A DNA stretch of 64,000 nucleotides, taken from positions 5,580,001 to 5,644,000 of the forward strand of contig CM069154.1 of NCBI GenBank assembly GCA_035221665.1. Reading direction: 5' to 3'. The DNA is from Okamejei kenojei. Taxonomy: Eukaryota. Below are positions 51,389-64,000 of the stretch, piece after piece. Under the pieces are notes generated by a model. It ran no database searches. It saw only the letters and a program-made list of their open reading frames with translations, and was not told where the DNA came from. The number at the start of each line of letters is the position of its first letter. The first letter of the stretch is position 1. The position numbers and the translations under genes were made by a program.

Positions 51389-53032
51389 GATATAGTAGTG
51401 GCCAGAGGATCTGGGGTGACAGAGGAACTGAAGGAAATCCACATTAGGCAGGAAATGGTGTTGGATAGACTGATGGGACTGAAGGCTGATAAATCCCCAG
51501 GGCCTGATGGTCTGCATCCCAGGGTACTTAAGGAAGTGGCTCTAGAAATCGTGGATGCATTGGTGATAATTTTCCAATGTTCTATAGACTCGGGATCAGT
51601 TCCTGTGGATCGGAGGGTAGCTCATGTTATCCCACTTTTTAAGAAAGGCGGGAGAGAGAAAACGGGGAATTATAGACCAGTTAGCCTGACATCGGGGGTG
51701 GGGAAGCTGCTGGAGTCAATTATAAAAGATGAGATAGCCGCACATTTGGATAGCAGTAACAGGACCAGTCCGAGTCAGCATGGATTTACAAAGGGGAAAT
51801 CATGCTTGACTAATCTTTTGGAATTTTTTGAAGATGTAACTAGGAAAATGGACAAGGGGGAGCTAGTGGATGTAGTGTACCTGGACTTTCAGAAAGCAAT
51901 GATAAGGTCCCACATTGGAGATTAGTGGGCAAAATTAGGGCACATGGTATTGGGGGTAGAGTGCTGACATGGATAGAGAAGTGGTTGGCAGGCAGGAAAC
52001 AAAGAGTAGGGATTAACGGGTCCCTTTCAGAATGGCAGGCAGTGACTACCGCAAGGGGATGCAGGGATTCAAAGTAACATTAGCAAATTTGCAGATGACA
52101 CAAAGCTGGGTGGCAGTGTGAACTGTGAGGAGGATGCTATGAGAATGCAGGGTGTCATGGTGAGGTTGGGGGAGTGGGCAGATGCATGGCAGATGAAGTT
52201 TAATGCAGATAAACGTGAGGTTATCCACTTTGGTAGCAAAAACAGGAAGGCAGATTACTATCTAAATGGCGTCAAGTTGGGAAAAGAGGAAGTACAACGG
52301 GATCTGGGGGTCCTTGTACATCAGTCTATGAAAGTAAGCATGCAGGTACAGCAGGCAGTGAAGAAAGGAAATGGCATGTTGGCCTTTATAACAAGAGGAA
52401 TCGAATATAGGAGCAAAGAGGTCCTTCTGCAGTTGTACAGAGCCCTAGTGAGACCACACCTGGAGTATTGTGTGCAGTTTTGGTCCCCTAATTTGTGGAA
52501 GGATATTCTTGCTATTGAGGTAGTGCAGCGTAGGTTTACAAGGTTAATTCCTGGGATGGCGGGACTGTCATATGCTGAGAGAATGGTGCAGCTGGGCTTG
52601 TACACTCTGGAGTTTATAAGGATGAAAGGATATCTCATTGAAACATATAAGATTGTTAAGGGCTTGGACACGCTAGAGGCAGGAAACATGTTCCCGATGT
52701 TGGGGGAATCCAGAACCAGGGGTCACAGTTTAAGAATAAGGAGTAAGCCATTTAGAACTGAGACGAGGAACACTTTTTCTCACAGGGAGTGGTGAGTCTG
52801 TGGAAGTGTCTGCCTCAGAGGACGGTGGAAGCAGGTTCTCTGGATGCTTTCAAGAGAGAGCTAGATAGGGCTCTTAAAAATAGCGGAGTCAAGGGATCTG
52901 GGGAGAAGGCAGGAACGGGGTACTGATTGGGGATGATCAGATATGATCACATTGAATGGCGGTGCTGCCTCGAAGGGGAAAATGGCCCACTCCTGCACCT
53001 ATTGTCTATTGTCTGTTGTCTATTGTCTATTG
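51389..53032 (+). mobile_element. CR1 LINE (RT region) nested in an older CR1 fragment (51165-51388 plus 53033-53460)
   Basis: KSPGPDGLHPRVLKE, NYRPVSLTS, QHGFTKGKSCLTNL, VYLDFQKA; (ctattgt)n tail. Confidence 0.9.
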
Positions 53033-55497
53033 ACCATAGGTGTAATGTGAAGGGGAAAAGATTCAATAGGAATCTGAGGGGTAATGTTTTCACTCAAAGG
53101 GTGGTGGGTGTATGGAACAAACTGCCAGAGGAGGTAGTGAGGCAGGGACTATCCCAACGTTTAAGAAAGAGTTAGATAGGTTAAGTCAAGTCAAGTTTAT
53201 TTGTCAGATACACATACGGGATGTGCAGTGAAATGAAAAGTGGCAATGGTCGCGGACTTTGTGCAAAAGAACAAACAAACAAATAACGAACAAACTACAA
53301 ACAGGGGATTGGGGAAGGTTACTTGGATAGGACTGGTTTGGAGGGATATGGGGCAAACGTGGGCAGGTGGAACTAGTGTAGCTGGCCTGGGACATGTTGG
53401 CTGGTGTGGGCAAGTTGGGCTGAAGGGCCTGTTTCCACACTGTGTCACTCTATGACTCTATGTGTATGGCAATTATTTTGGAAAAGAGCTTCATGAAAGC
53501 ATTTGAAGGCATTTCTACTGTTAAACCAGGTAATGGGGGAGAATCGAGAAGTTAACCCTCACTCTTGTTTAGTGCAGTTACCCCTTCTACTCAAGTAGTG
53601 TCACAGTACACTAATGTGAGGCATTTATCTGTTTACAATACTGACATTAGGATGGCATAGTAATGCAGCGGTAGAGTTGCTGCCTCACAACACCAGGTCA
53701 AACGTGGGCAAGTGGGACTAGTGGACTACAGTGGCACGGTGGCGCAGTGGTAGAGTTGCAGTCTCACAGCGTTTACAGTCGGGTTCGAACCTGACTACGG
53801 GTGCTGTCTGTATGGAGTTTGTACGTTCTCCCCGTGACCGCCTTGGTTTTCTCCGAGATCTTCAGTTTCCTCCCACACTCCGAAAATGTATAGGTTAGTA
53901 GGTTAGTTGGCTTGGTATAAGTGTAAATAGTCCCCAGTGCATGTAGGATGTTAATGCGTGGGGATCGCTGTTCGGTGCGGACTCGGTGGGCCGAAGGGCC
54001 AGTTTCTACGCTGTATCTCTAAACTAAACCCTTTAAGAATTTTGTAAGTCTCTATAAGATCCCCCCTCAATCGTCTAAATACTAGCGAGTACAATCCGAG
54101 TCTATCCAGTCTTTCTTCATATGAAAGTCCTGTACAGGTGTGTACAGGTGATCAATGGTCGGCGTGGACTCGGTGGGCCAATGGGCCTGTTTCCATGCGG
54201 TATCTCTAAACCAAACTAATTCTACTCTTATCACTTATGGCCTTATGACAAAAAATTCAGCCATCTTATATTACATTGGATTATTTTAATCATTATTCAA
54301 TATGCAGGGTTTTACACAGCAATTCAATTGGTAGTAAAGTTAAAAGTTCACATTCTGGAGAGCCAGCTTTGAGTTACAGTCTATGTACTGCTGTCTTTTG
54401 GGCGAATATCAGGATGTACAGACGTGTCTGCAAACATAGGTGCAGAAGTCGGCCATTTGCACCGTCGAGTCCACTTCGCCATTCAATCATGGATGATCTA
54501 TCTTTCCCCCTCCATCCCATTCTCCTGCCTTCTCCCCACAACTTTTGTCACCCTGAGTAAACCTGTCAATCTCCAATTTAAAAATATCCATTGACTTTTT
54601 AAATTGGAGATTGACAATTTAAAAATATCCACAGCCGTCTGTGGCAATGAATTCCACAGATTCATCACCCTCTGGCTAAAGAAATTCCTCCTCAAGTGGT
54701 CAACGTATATTGGACATAGGTGGAGTGTGGTGATGCTGTATGGTCAAGGTGATGAGATTTGTACATCTCCATCTGGTGAACACCCTCTCTGGCCCTGAAA
54801 ATCTAAACGATGATTATTGGGCGTCATTCCATCAGAACAACAATATTAATATAACGATTACCCTTAATTTTTATCTTATTCTTCTAACGTGTGTCCACAG
54901 TTCAATACTTGTAATCATTTAACCGTTTTTATATCCCCATTGCTCAATGCTTCAATGGTACTTTATTGTCTCATGCACATGGGTACAGTGAAATTTCTTT
55001 TGCAAAGAATTCAGTAAAAATCTTACTTTATATAAGCACAGCTGAAGCTACAAATAAGAGTATTAATAGCAGATTATATGATGCAGTACACAAGAGTTGC
55101 CACATTTCTGGCAGTATTTTATATTCTTAAACATCAAATTGGTAAAAAAAGTAGATTCTTATTTTGGGCTTAAAGGCCCGTTGTCGTGGAGACGGCACTG
55201 GGTGGGAGTTGCAGGCGTCGGCCTGGTGTGGCGATGTTGTCGGTGCCTCCACCACCGCCGCTCCGTGCCGCTGCAGGACATGTCCGATCCGCACGCTCGT
55301 CCACGATTTCTGTGGGACCTCCAGCGGCACCCGATCCACCGGCTACTGCAGGGCCTCCAGCAGCCCACTCGCGTTCATCTCTTCCCTCCACCACTGCCGA
55401 CCCCATCTCCAAGGTCTCGGCTGTTTTTTTCCTTGAATAACAATTAAAACACAATTTATAATCTCTACCATCAAATTTTACCCGAGGAAATAACCCA

Positions 55498-55774
55498 GGG
55501 CGGCACAGTGGCGCAGCGATAGAGTTGCTGTCTTACAGCGCCAGAAACCCGGGTTTGATCATGACTACCGGTGCTGTCTGTACGGAGTTTGTATGTTCTG
55601 CCTGTGACAGCGTGGGTTTTCTCCGGGTGCTCCGGTTTGCTCCCACAAACCAAAGACGTGTAATTTTGTAGGTTAATTGGCCTCTGTATAATTGTAAATT
55701 GGCCCTCGTGTGTATGATAGCGCGAGTGTACGGGGTGATCATTGGTCAGCGCGGACTTGGTTGGCTGTAGGGCC
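55498..55774 (+). mobile_element. HE1/V-SINE-like SINE interrupted by the Tc1
   Basis: tRNA-like head; breaks at gggccTA|cagtg. Confidence 0.8.
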
Positions 55775-56653
55775 TACAGTGCCCTCCATAATGTTTGGGA
55801 TAAAGACCCATCATTTATTTTATTTGCCTCTGTACTCCACAATTTGAGAATTGTAATAGAAAAAATCACATGTGGTTAAAGTGCACATTGTCAAATTTTA
55901 ATAAAGGCCATTTTTACACATTTTGGTTTCACCATGTAGAAATTACAGCAGTGTTTATTCATAGTCCCCCCATTTCAGGGCACCATAATGTTTGGTACAC
56001 AGCAATGTCATGTAAATGAAAGTAGTCATGTTTAGTATTTTGTTGCAAATCCTTTGCATGCAATGACTGCTTGAAGTCTGCGATTCATAGACATCACCTG
56101 TTGCTGGGTGTCATCTCTGGTGATGCTCCAACAGGCCTGTATTGCAGCCATCTTTAGTTTATGCTCGTTTTGCGGGAAGTCCCGTTCAGTTTTCTGTTCA
56201 GCATATAAACGGCATGCCCAATTTGGTCCAGAATAACTTGGCCACTCAAGAATTGACCATTTTTTTCACTTTGAAAAATTCCTTTGTTGCTTTTGCAATA
56301 TGTTTTGGAATCATTGTCTTGCTGTAGAATGAACTGCCGGCCTATGGGTTTTGAGGCATTTGTTTGAACTTGAGCAGATAGGATGTGTCTATACACTTCA
56401 GAATTCATTATGCTACCACCATCAGCAGTTGTATCATTAATGAAGATAAGTGAGTCAGTACCTCCAGCAGCCATACATGCCCAGGCCATAACACCTCCAC
56501 CACCGTGTTTCACTAATGAGGTGGTATGTTTTGGATCTTGGGTAGTTCCTTCTCTCCTCCATACTTTGCTCTTGCCATTAACCTGATATAAGTTAATCTT
56601 CGTCTCATCTGTCCACAAGAACTTTTTCCAGAACTGTGGTAGCTCTGTTAAGT

Positions 56654-59600
56654 TTGAAATAAGTTTATTCATGGATAACCCCTTGAGATGAACAGTCATC
56701 TCGTTTTCGAGGGGGTCCAACATAGAACATACATCACAAGACATAACATACATGGATGCTCTCATTGACCCACCTACCCACACACCAATCCCAAAACCCC
56801 TCCATCCCCACTTGTTATAGTTTTATGACAATTGTTAATTGACTTTACATATCCAATAATAATAAGTTATGTGTTACAGCATAATGTTGATGCATAATAC
56901 CATATACCACCTCTCATACATCGTACGTTAGGTGGTACGTTTCCGAGGGGGTCCAACATTATTACATGATATATTATTTCATAGTATTGTGACATAATAC
57001 AATATGACCTTGTTACACTATGCAATACAATAATACATAAGTGTAATGGCAATGCGAGCGTGGGGGGATAACCAGTTTAGAGTTTCGTACATAGAACAGT
57101 GGCGAGTTAGATATGGACACCTTAAAATAAATCTGCAGAGACTATTATAAACTACATTCAGGGGTTCAAGATGTGTGTCAAATGTATTCTGATAGACAAT
57201 ATCAGCATAATCCAGTGTTGGTAATAGTAGTTGAGAGACAATTCTTTTTCTCATCTGAAAGGTGAAACAATTTATATGGCGGTAAAGAATAGCTAGATTA
57301 CAGCTAAGTTTTTTAGTAATCGTCTCACTATGCTGCGTAAATGAAAGCGTTGGGTCGAGCCAAACACCAAGATATTTGAAGTTCAATACTTGTTCTAATG
57401 GTGATCCTTTATTAAATGATATAGTCAGATCTACACAATTACCAAGGCCTTGTCTGGTACCAAATAACATACTGCATGATTTATTTTTATTTAAAATTAA
57501 TTTGTTAAATAATAGCCATTTCTGAACAGAAGTAAGATCTGATTGAAGGGATCTTTCAATTTCAGACTTGTTAGTACTAGATGTATATAGCACTGTATCA
57601 TCAGCATATAGTTGTGTTTGACAGTCAGAACAAATATTAGGGAGGTCGTTTATGAAAATAGAGAAAAGGAGTGGTTCCAAAGACGAACCTTCCATTAAAG
57701 GTAACACATTTGCGTCTGTTATGAAGGTATGAGTTAAACCACAGTAGATTGTTTTGAGAAAGACCAATTGTGTAACGTTTATCAAGCAGTAGGTAGTGGT
57801 CAACAAAATGAAAGGCCTTGGTTAAATCAAGAAAGATGGCACCGGTGAGTTTACCATCCTCAGAAGCAGTGAACACATCGCTGGTGAGTTTTAACAGAGC
57901 TGTAGTTGTGGAGTGATTAGGTCTGAACCCACACTGGCATGGAGATAGAATGTTGAAAGTTGAGACATAATGTGATAGCTGGTTGAACACTAGTTTCTCA
58001 AGGATTTTAGCCACCGAGTTGATAATTGAGATGGGGCGGTAATTGTTAATAGTAAGATTAAACGAGAACTTACCAGTTCGAAGTTTGATCGTTATGTTAT
58101 GAGGAGTAACGACGAGGGATTACGTGAAGAAGCCCCGCCTGGCGCTGGAACGGCATACTTCAAAGCAGCGGCATGAAAAACACAGAACATAATAGCCGGA
58201 GTAAGATAGTAAGGCTCAACATAGATTTAGAACTACCAGATGATCATTTATTTTATGAGGGTCGGGAGTGGAGGGCACGTAATCCCTCATCGTTACTCCT
58301 CATAAAATAACGATCAGACTTCGAACTGGTAAGTTCTCGTTTAATCTTACTATTTTACTTCGGAGTCACGTGAGTGACTACGTGAAGATTTTGAAGCTTC
58401 TGTGTTTTTTATGTCGTAGAGTCATTCCATACGACAGTCCGGCTAGGTCAACACATACATGAGTAAATAACCTTTTACCAGATCAGTTTTAGTTTATTTT
58501 CATAAATCTTTTAATGATAAAAGAACAAATAATAACCCCCTTTTTTACATCTGGGGAAAATCATTACAAAGTGATAAAATATATGTGATAACATAATTGA
58601 TAATATAAATCGATAGTGAAACAAAGCAGGTGATTATAGTGAACCCAACACCGCGTGTCCAAAGCCTGTCATTGTGAGAACAGGTTTATCGTAGAACTTT
58701 GAACCCTGCGGTTTCTAAAATGTGTTCGAGTGGCACGTCCTGTAACTTCGCCGCGGACGTAGCTGCTGCCCTGTGGAGTGAGATTTAAACACATCAGTGT
58801 CTACTCCTGCTAAAAGTAACACCCGTTTTAACCACCTTGAAATTGTTTGTACTGATGCTTTTGTGTGTGGTTTCTTATGCGTAATCATTAACGCTTTTTC
58901 ATCACCTCGAAGAGTCTTGGTAACTTTTATATATTGAGTCAAGTGTCTAACTACACACAACGTTGGATCAATAGGGTAAGCTTGAAACATTACCTTCGCT
59001 CCAGTTCTCCCTGGTCTGCTTTGTTTGATCAGATCGTAAACGTAAAACACAATGTTATCTGAAGCCACATGCATACAATCTAAACATAGCATTTGTAATG
59101 TTTGCACTCTTTGTGCTGATACCAACGCCATTAACATTACTAATTTAAATGTTAACTTTTCCAATGATATAACTTCGCTTGGAGTCCATTGCCTAAGCAA
59201 AGTAAGTACAATGCTGACATCCCAAATTTCTGTATATCTTGGTTTGATGGATTTTTGTTAAAGATTCCTTTCATAAATCTGGATATTAATGGATGAGATC
59301 CAATTGATTCATGGTCAGAAATTTGTCCTAAATAGGATGATAAAGCACTACGCGCACTATTAATGGCACTATAACTTAAGTGCTGCTCAAAATGCAACTC
59401 AGCAAGGAACTCCAATATGTTTGAAATGTTCACAGTATGATAAGATATATTTGATTGTCTACAAAAAACTTCCCATTTCTTTATATGTATCATATATTGT
59501 CTCTGAGTGCTATCTCGCCATGATGAGACTATGACATCCATAGTTCTATCCGACAATCCAAGCCCTTGTAGTGGTCTGGTCAAAACCTGCAGATTAACAA

Positions 59601-62600
59601 ATTCATATAAACATGTAATGGATGAATTTCTTTTGTTACTGGTTTTATTAACAAATCACTGCAGCTAGGAATTGACATATATGGCTCCTTAATCATATTT
59701 AACATCAACGGGAACCATAGTTGTGTCGGCCAATTTGGAATCACCAATAGTCCTGTGGCAGAATCTTCTATTTTCTTCAGACATTGCTGAACCAGAGCAA
59801 ATGGAGGGAAAGCATAAAAGAACATATTCCCCCAATGTAGTGAAAAAGCATCTACTGCTACTGCATCTGGATCGGGTTCCCAAGACACATATTTAGGCAA
59901 TTGATGATTTAATCTTGATGCAAACAGATTAATGTCTGGTAACCCATACCGAATAACAATTTTACTGAAAACTACTGGGTTCAACATCCATTCTGTGTTG
60001 TCTTTAAACACCCTTGATCTGTTGTCTGCCACCACATTGTCTTTACCTGGGATATAACTTGCTGAAATCCAAATTTGGTGCTTAATACACCATTACCATA
60101 TCTGATTGACCAGACAATCACATGATACCGATCTTACTCCACCCATGTGATTAATATATGCAACAGTTGTTTTATTGTCTAATTGTATCTGTACATGCAG
60201 ATTCTTTTTTGTAGAACAATAGGCTTTTAATCCATAAAATGCCCCCAATAACTCCAAATAATTAATACCATATGTTTGGAGAAACATTTCCTCTTGGACG
60301 GTCCACCTTCCCCCACAGCAGGTAAATGTATCTGTCGCCCCCCATCTGAGAGCATTTGCATCTGTTTGTAAAAATACTTCAGGCTGCTGTATTAAAATGT
60401 TTTTAGCAGCATGTGGAACATTTTCAATCCACCATTGCAATTCCAATAAAGCTTCTTTTGTTAATTGGATAGGCCTATCGAAATGGCCTGCTCGCTTTTT
60501 TAGAGCTCGTATTTTGTCCCTTTGAAGGTTTTTGGTAATGTAATGGACCAAATTCCTACTGCAGGAAATGCTGCTACTAGTTTACCAATAACCTTCGCTA
60601 CTTCTCGGGTGGAGGGATAAGGTTTGTGAATGAGGCCCCAACATACCGTTGAAATATCAACAATCTTGTCCGTTGGCAAAGTTACTAACATGGTAACTGA
60701 ATTAATCACAAAACCTAAATAGTTAATTGACTGTGCTGGCTGCAGCTGGGACTTAATTGGATGAATCAAGAATCCTAATTTTTCAAATAAAGTTTTAGTT
60801 GCTGAAACTGATTTTCCAGCTGATTCCTGATTATTACTGACAATTAAAATGTCATCCAGATAAGCCATAATGATGTGCTTTTGTGCTCTTAATTGCACTA
60901 AAGCCGGTTTCAACAGTTTTGTGAAGAGCCTGGGAGCTGAACTTAAGCCATTTGGTAACGCTTTAAATTGCCACAGCTGTCCCAGCCAATTAAATTTTAA
61001 ATACCTTCGAAAAAAATTGATGTATTGGTACTGAATAGTACGCAACCTTTAAATCAATTGTAGCCATAAACAACCTGCTGATATCAAATGTCTTGCAGTG
61101 TTGAACGTATCCATCTTGAAATGTTTATACTGGACAAATTTATTAAAGTTTGTAAGGTCCAGAATAATTCTGCAACCACCATTTTTTTTATTTCTCGGAA
61201 AGATATTTGACACAAATTGGTGTTCATACTCAATAGTTTTTTTCAATAACACCTTTTTTAAACAATTTGTCAATTTCCACATTAATTTCTGCTTCCTCAA
61301 TAGCAGAGAACATGAAACCATAAGCAGGTTTATTTTGTACCGGAGAATTAACACCTTCTTTAAATGTTATTGTAGCTCCTGAAACTGTTTGTAAAATAAA
61401 CCGATCAGATGTGATGGAAAGCCATTCATCATAAAACATTTGTAACCTCCCACCAACTGGAGATTCGTCCACAGTTTCTTTAAGAACAGAATAAAGTTTT
61501 TGTACCTCTCCATATGAACGTGGTGGTCTCCTTCTCCCGTATACGGGTGAACATTAGGCTGTGTTGGATGGTAATATTTTCTTACCATATTCCTGCCTCT
61601 GTTTCCAAAATCAAATCCCCTTCTTGACATAAAATACCTTTTTTGTCCAAAAACTAAAGGTCTCATGTAGCTAATAGATTTAGCCTCTTCATCCATTCCT
61701 CTTATTTGTTTAGGCAGGTTTTCTCCAAATAGATAACCAGGAGCTTGAACACCACTTGATCGACACAGACCTGCAAATCTCGGATGAAATATGGGCCGAA
61801 TCACAATTTTCCTCATGCAATTAATTTCATAAAAGGAATTGCACAATAAGCCCAATGTATCTCTTTGGATTTTGATCATTTCTGACCCTTCCATTTGCTT
61901 TCCAAAAGCAGTAATGGCAGCTGAAATCAGTTTGAGGATTCTTTAAAACCTTATTTCTTGTCCTCTCATGACTGATGTCATAGGTGTCCATATAGATGGA
62001 TTAACCGTAGGTACCTTCAATGAGGTGCAATTTTCCGGTGTTTTATATAATTCTGCTGTTTCAGCCATCACAGAATCTTGAAGTTGGTGAGATAGCATAT
62101 AATTAATACTGGCAGCTAGGTTTTCTTCCATAGCCTCACCACTTCCTTCAGGGAAAAGCAAAATCTCTTGCCATATCAGGCACATATGGCCTTTTCTTTT
62201 TTATTTGTGGTGTGCACTCATAATCCACATCACCACTTTCAGGGTCTGACTTTTGCAGCCCTGATACTCCTGGAACTTCATCAAATGAGACTTCCTCCAC
62301 CCTTAATCCTGGGTCTGGAGTTTCAAATTCCCAATTTGGCACATAGCCATATTCTGGATATTCAAACCCCTCAGGGTCAGTTTGGGAAAGTTCTGGGTAC
62401 TTGGACCCTTGTCTCATAATATTTTGGAGTACTCTCTCCATATGTTCCATTTTAAGCCATATAGCTTTATTATCCGGAGGACTTTCATTATCAGAGTCAT
62501 CATCAGAAACCACAGGCCTCACAGATTTCTTTTTACTTTTCCCAGGAACATTTTCCTCCGTGGTTTGTGTTTCTGGAGAAATTATAGTCTCACTAACAGG

Positions 62601-63263
62601 TGAATCAACGGCCACCGGTATTGGAACCGGCTCCGCACTAATCTCTTGTCCCGACTCTTTAGCTTCTCCCCGGGACGATCTTTTAACCCGCGAAATCTTC
62701 CTCTGAGACTTCTCCATTTTAAATTTTTTATTACCTAAGCTGGATGAGTACGCCAGCGTGACTCTGATTTTTTGAAATTTTTACTTTCATTTTTGCTGGT
62801 TCTACTTGCCAGCGTAATGTCTTTTTTAGAACGTCCCCTAAAAATTTCATTGCACTTACCTGCGGGTCCGTTCTGACCGCTGAGAGGAGCTGCACTCTGC
62901 AGCTCTTGCTTCTGCCGTCAGCGTTGACGTAATGCCGTTCCAGCGCCAGGCGGGGCTTCTTCACGTAGTCACTCACGTGACTCCGAAGTAAAATATCGTG
63001 TGGGTCGCCTCCCTTATGCAGTGGAGTAACATTGGTACACTTCCATGCGGAAGGGAGGGTACAAGTTGAGAAGGACAAATTAAACAGGTCGCATAGTGGG
63101 TACATTAGAATATTAACTCCTAACTTAATGAATTTAGTCTCAATACCAGCTGGTCCAGATCCACAATCATCCTTTAATTCATTAATAGCATGTTGAACGT
63201 CAACAGGTTTTATTTTTTGAAAAGAAAAAGAGCTTCTACACGTAGAGGTAGCTGGAAAGTCAC
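56654..63263 (-). mobile_element. L2-clade (Crack/Daphne-like) LINE inserted in the Tc1 transposase
   Basis: HKGGDPHDINNYRPIS, GFRPNHSTTTAL, FLDLTKAF, LYADDT, FKYLGVWLD. 3' hairpin gagatga-acag-tcatctc. aagt repeated at 56650-56653 and 63264-63267. Confidence 0.85.
58048..62994 (-). mobile_element. Second DIRS1-like retrotransposon (different family), complete termini
   Basis: ITRs and ICR (~58275-58388). gag-like ORF, RT (AYLDD), RNase H (QTDAN), methylase-like (YAFPPF) and YR (FKSHST) domains. ATT at both ends on the element strand. Confidence 0.93.
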
Positions 63264-64000
63264 AAGTACTTTGTTGCAAACTGTAACCTGGCCATCCTAT
63301 TTTTGTGGCTAACCAGTGGTTTGCATCTTGCAGTGTATCCTCTGTATTTCTGTTCATGAAGTCTTCTGCGGACAGTGGTTATTGTCAAATCCCCACCTGA
63401 CTCCTAGAGTGTTTCTTATCTGACAGGGTGTTTGGGTTTTTTTTCTTTATTATAGAGAGAAGTCTTCTGTTATCAGCTTTGGAGGTCTTCCTTGGCTTGC
63501 CAGTCCCTTTGCGATTAGTAAGCTCACCAGTGCTCTCTTTCTTCTCAATGATGTTCCAAACAGTTGATTTTGGAAAGCCTAATGTTTGGCTGATGTTTCC
63601 AACATTTTTATTCTTGTTTCTCAGTCTCATAATGGCTTCTTTGACTCATTGGCACAACTTTGGTCCTCATGTTGATAAACAGCAATGAAAGTTTCCAAAG
63701 GTGATGGAAAGACTGGAGGGAAGATTAGGTGCTGAGAGCTTTTTATATCTGCATTAAAGAGGCAATTAAACACACCTGAGCAATTACAAACACCTGTGAA
63801 GCCTTGTGTCCCAAAATGTATGGTGCCCTGAAATGGGGGGACTATGTAAAAACACAGATGTAATTTCTTCATGGTGTAACCAAAATGTATAAAAATACCC
63901 TTTAATAAAATCTGACAATGTGCACTTTAACCACATGTGATTTTTTCTATTACCAATCTCAAATTGTGGAATACAGAGGCAAATAAATAAATTATGGGTC

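Larger units (their letters stand above)
55777..64000 (-). mobile_element. Tc1-family DNA transposon, IR/DR type; right end runs just past the window
   Basis: TA|CAGTG terminus. ~210-bp TIRs (55777-56000 vs 63810-64000) with an internal direct repeat. Transposase HTH (ISQTLGFPKSTVWNI) at 63630-63265 continues with WTDETK, GGGVMAWAC, LQQDND at 56650-56150. Confidence 0.93.

Noticed and set aside
54695-54800. Possible minus-strand Tyr-containing tail exon (…STYVQYTLTT*)
   Set aside because: No partner exon or paralogue support; truncated by CR1.
62731-63357. 208-aa ORF
   Set aside because: Chance chimera of Tc1, LINE and DIRS terminus sequence.

Overview
Vertebrate genomic DNA, most likely from a cartilaginous fish such as a skate or ray. 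This is inferred from the repeat content: HE1/V-SINE-like SINEs, HER1/CR1 LINEs and Deu-domain SINEs. Most of the window is transposable elements: three L1s (one full-length, nested in another), many CR1 fragments, Rex/Babar LINEs, two complete DIRS tyrosine-recombinase retrotransposons, a Tc1 > L2-like LINE > DIRS triple nest, a solo LTR, and many Penelope-derived short repeats carrying minimal hammerhead-ribozyme motifs. Between them lies a fragmented cluster of CD300/pIgR/MDIR-like immune receptor genes, largely missed by the ORF track. On the minus strand there is a signal-peptide exon (16573-16477) and two tandem-duplicated, phase-1/1 Ig V exons (11345-11022, 10113-9787) with a strong excess of amino-acid changes. 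On the plus strand there is a phase-compatible stalk, transmembrane and short Tyr-tail exon chain (31123-33331), hit by a DIRS and a solo LTR and partly duplicated at 18794-24373. Several orphan leader-like exons are also present. All calls were made by eye; no database searches were run.
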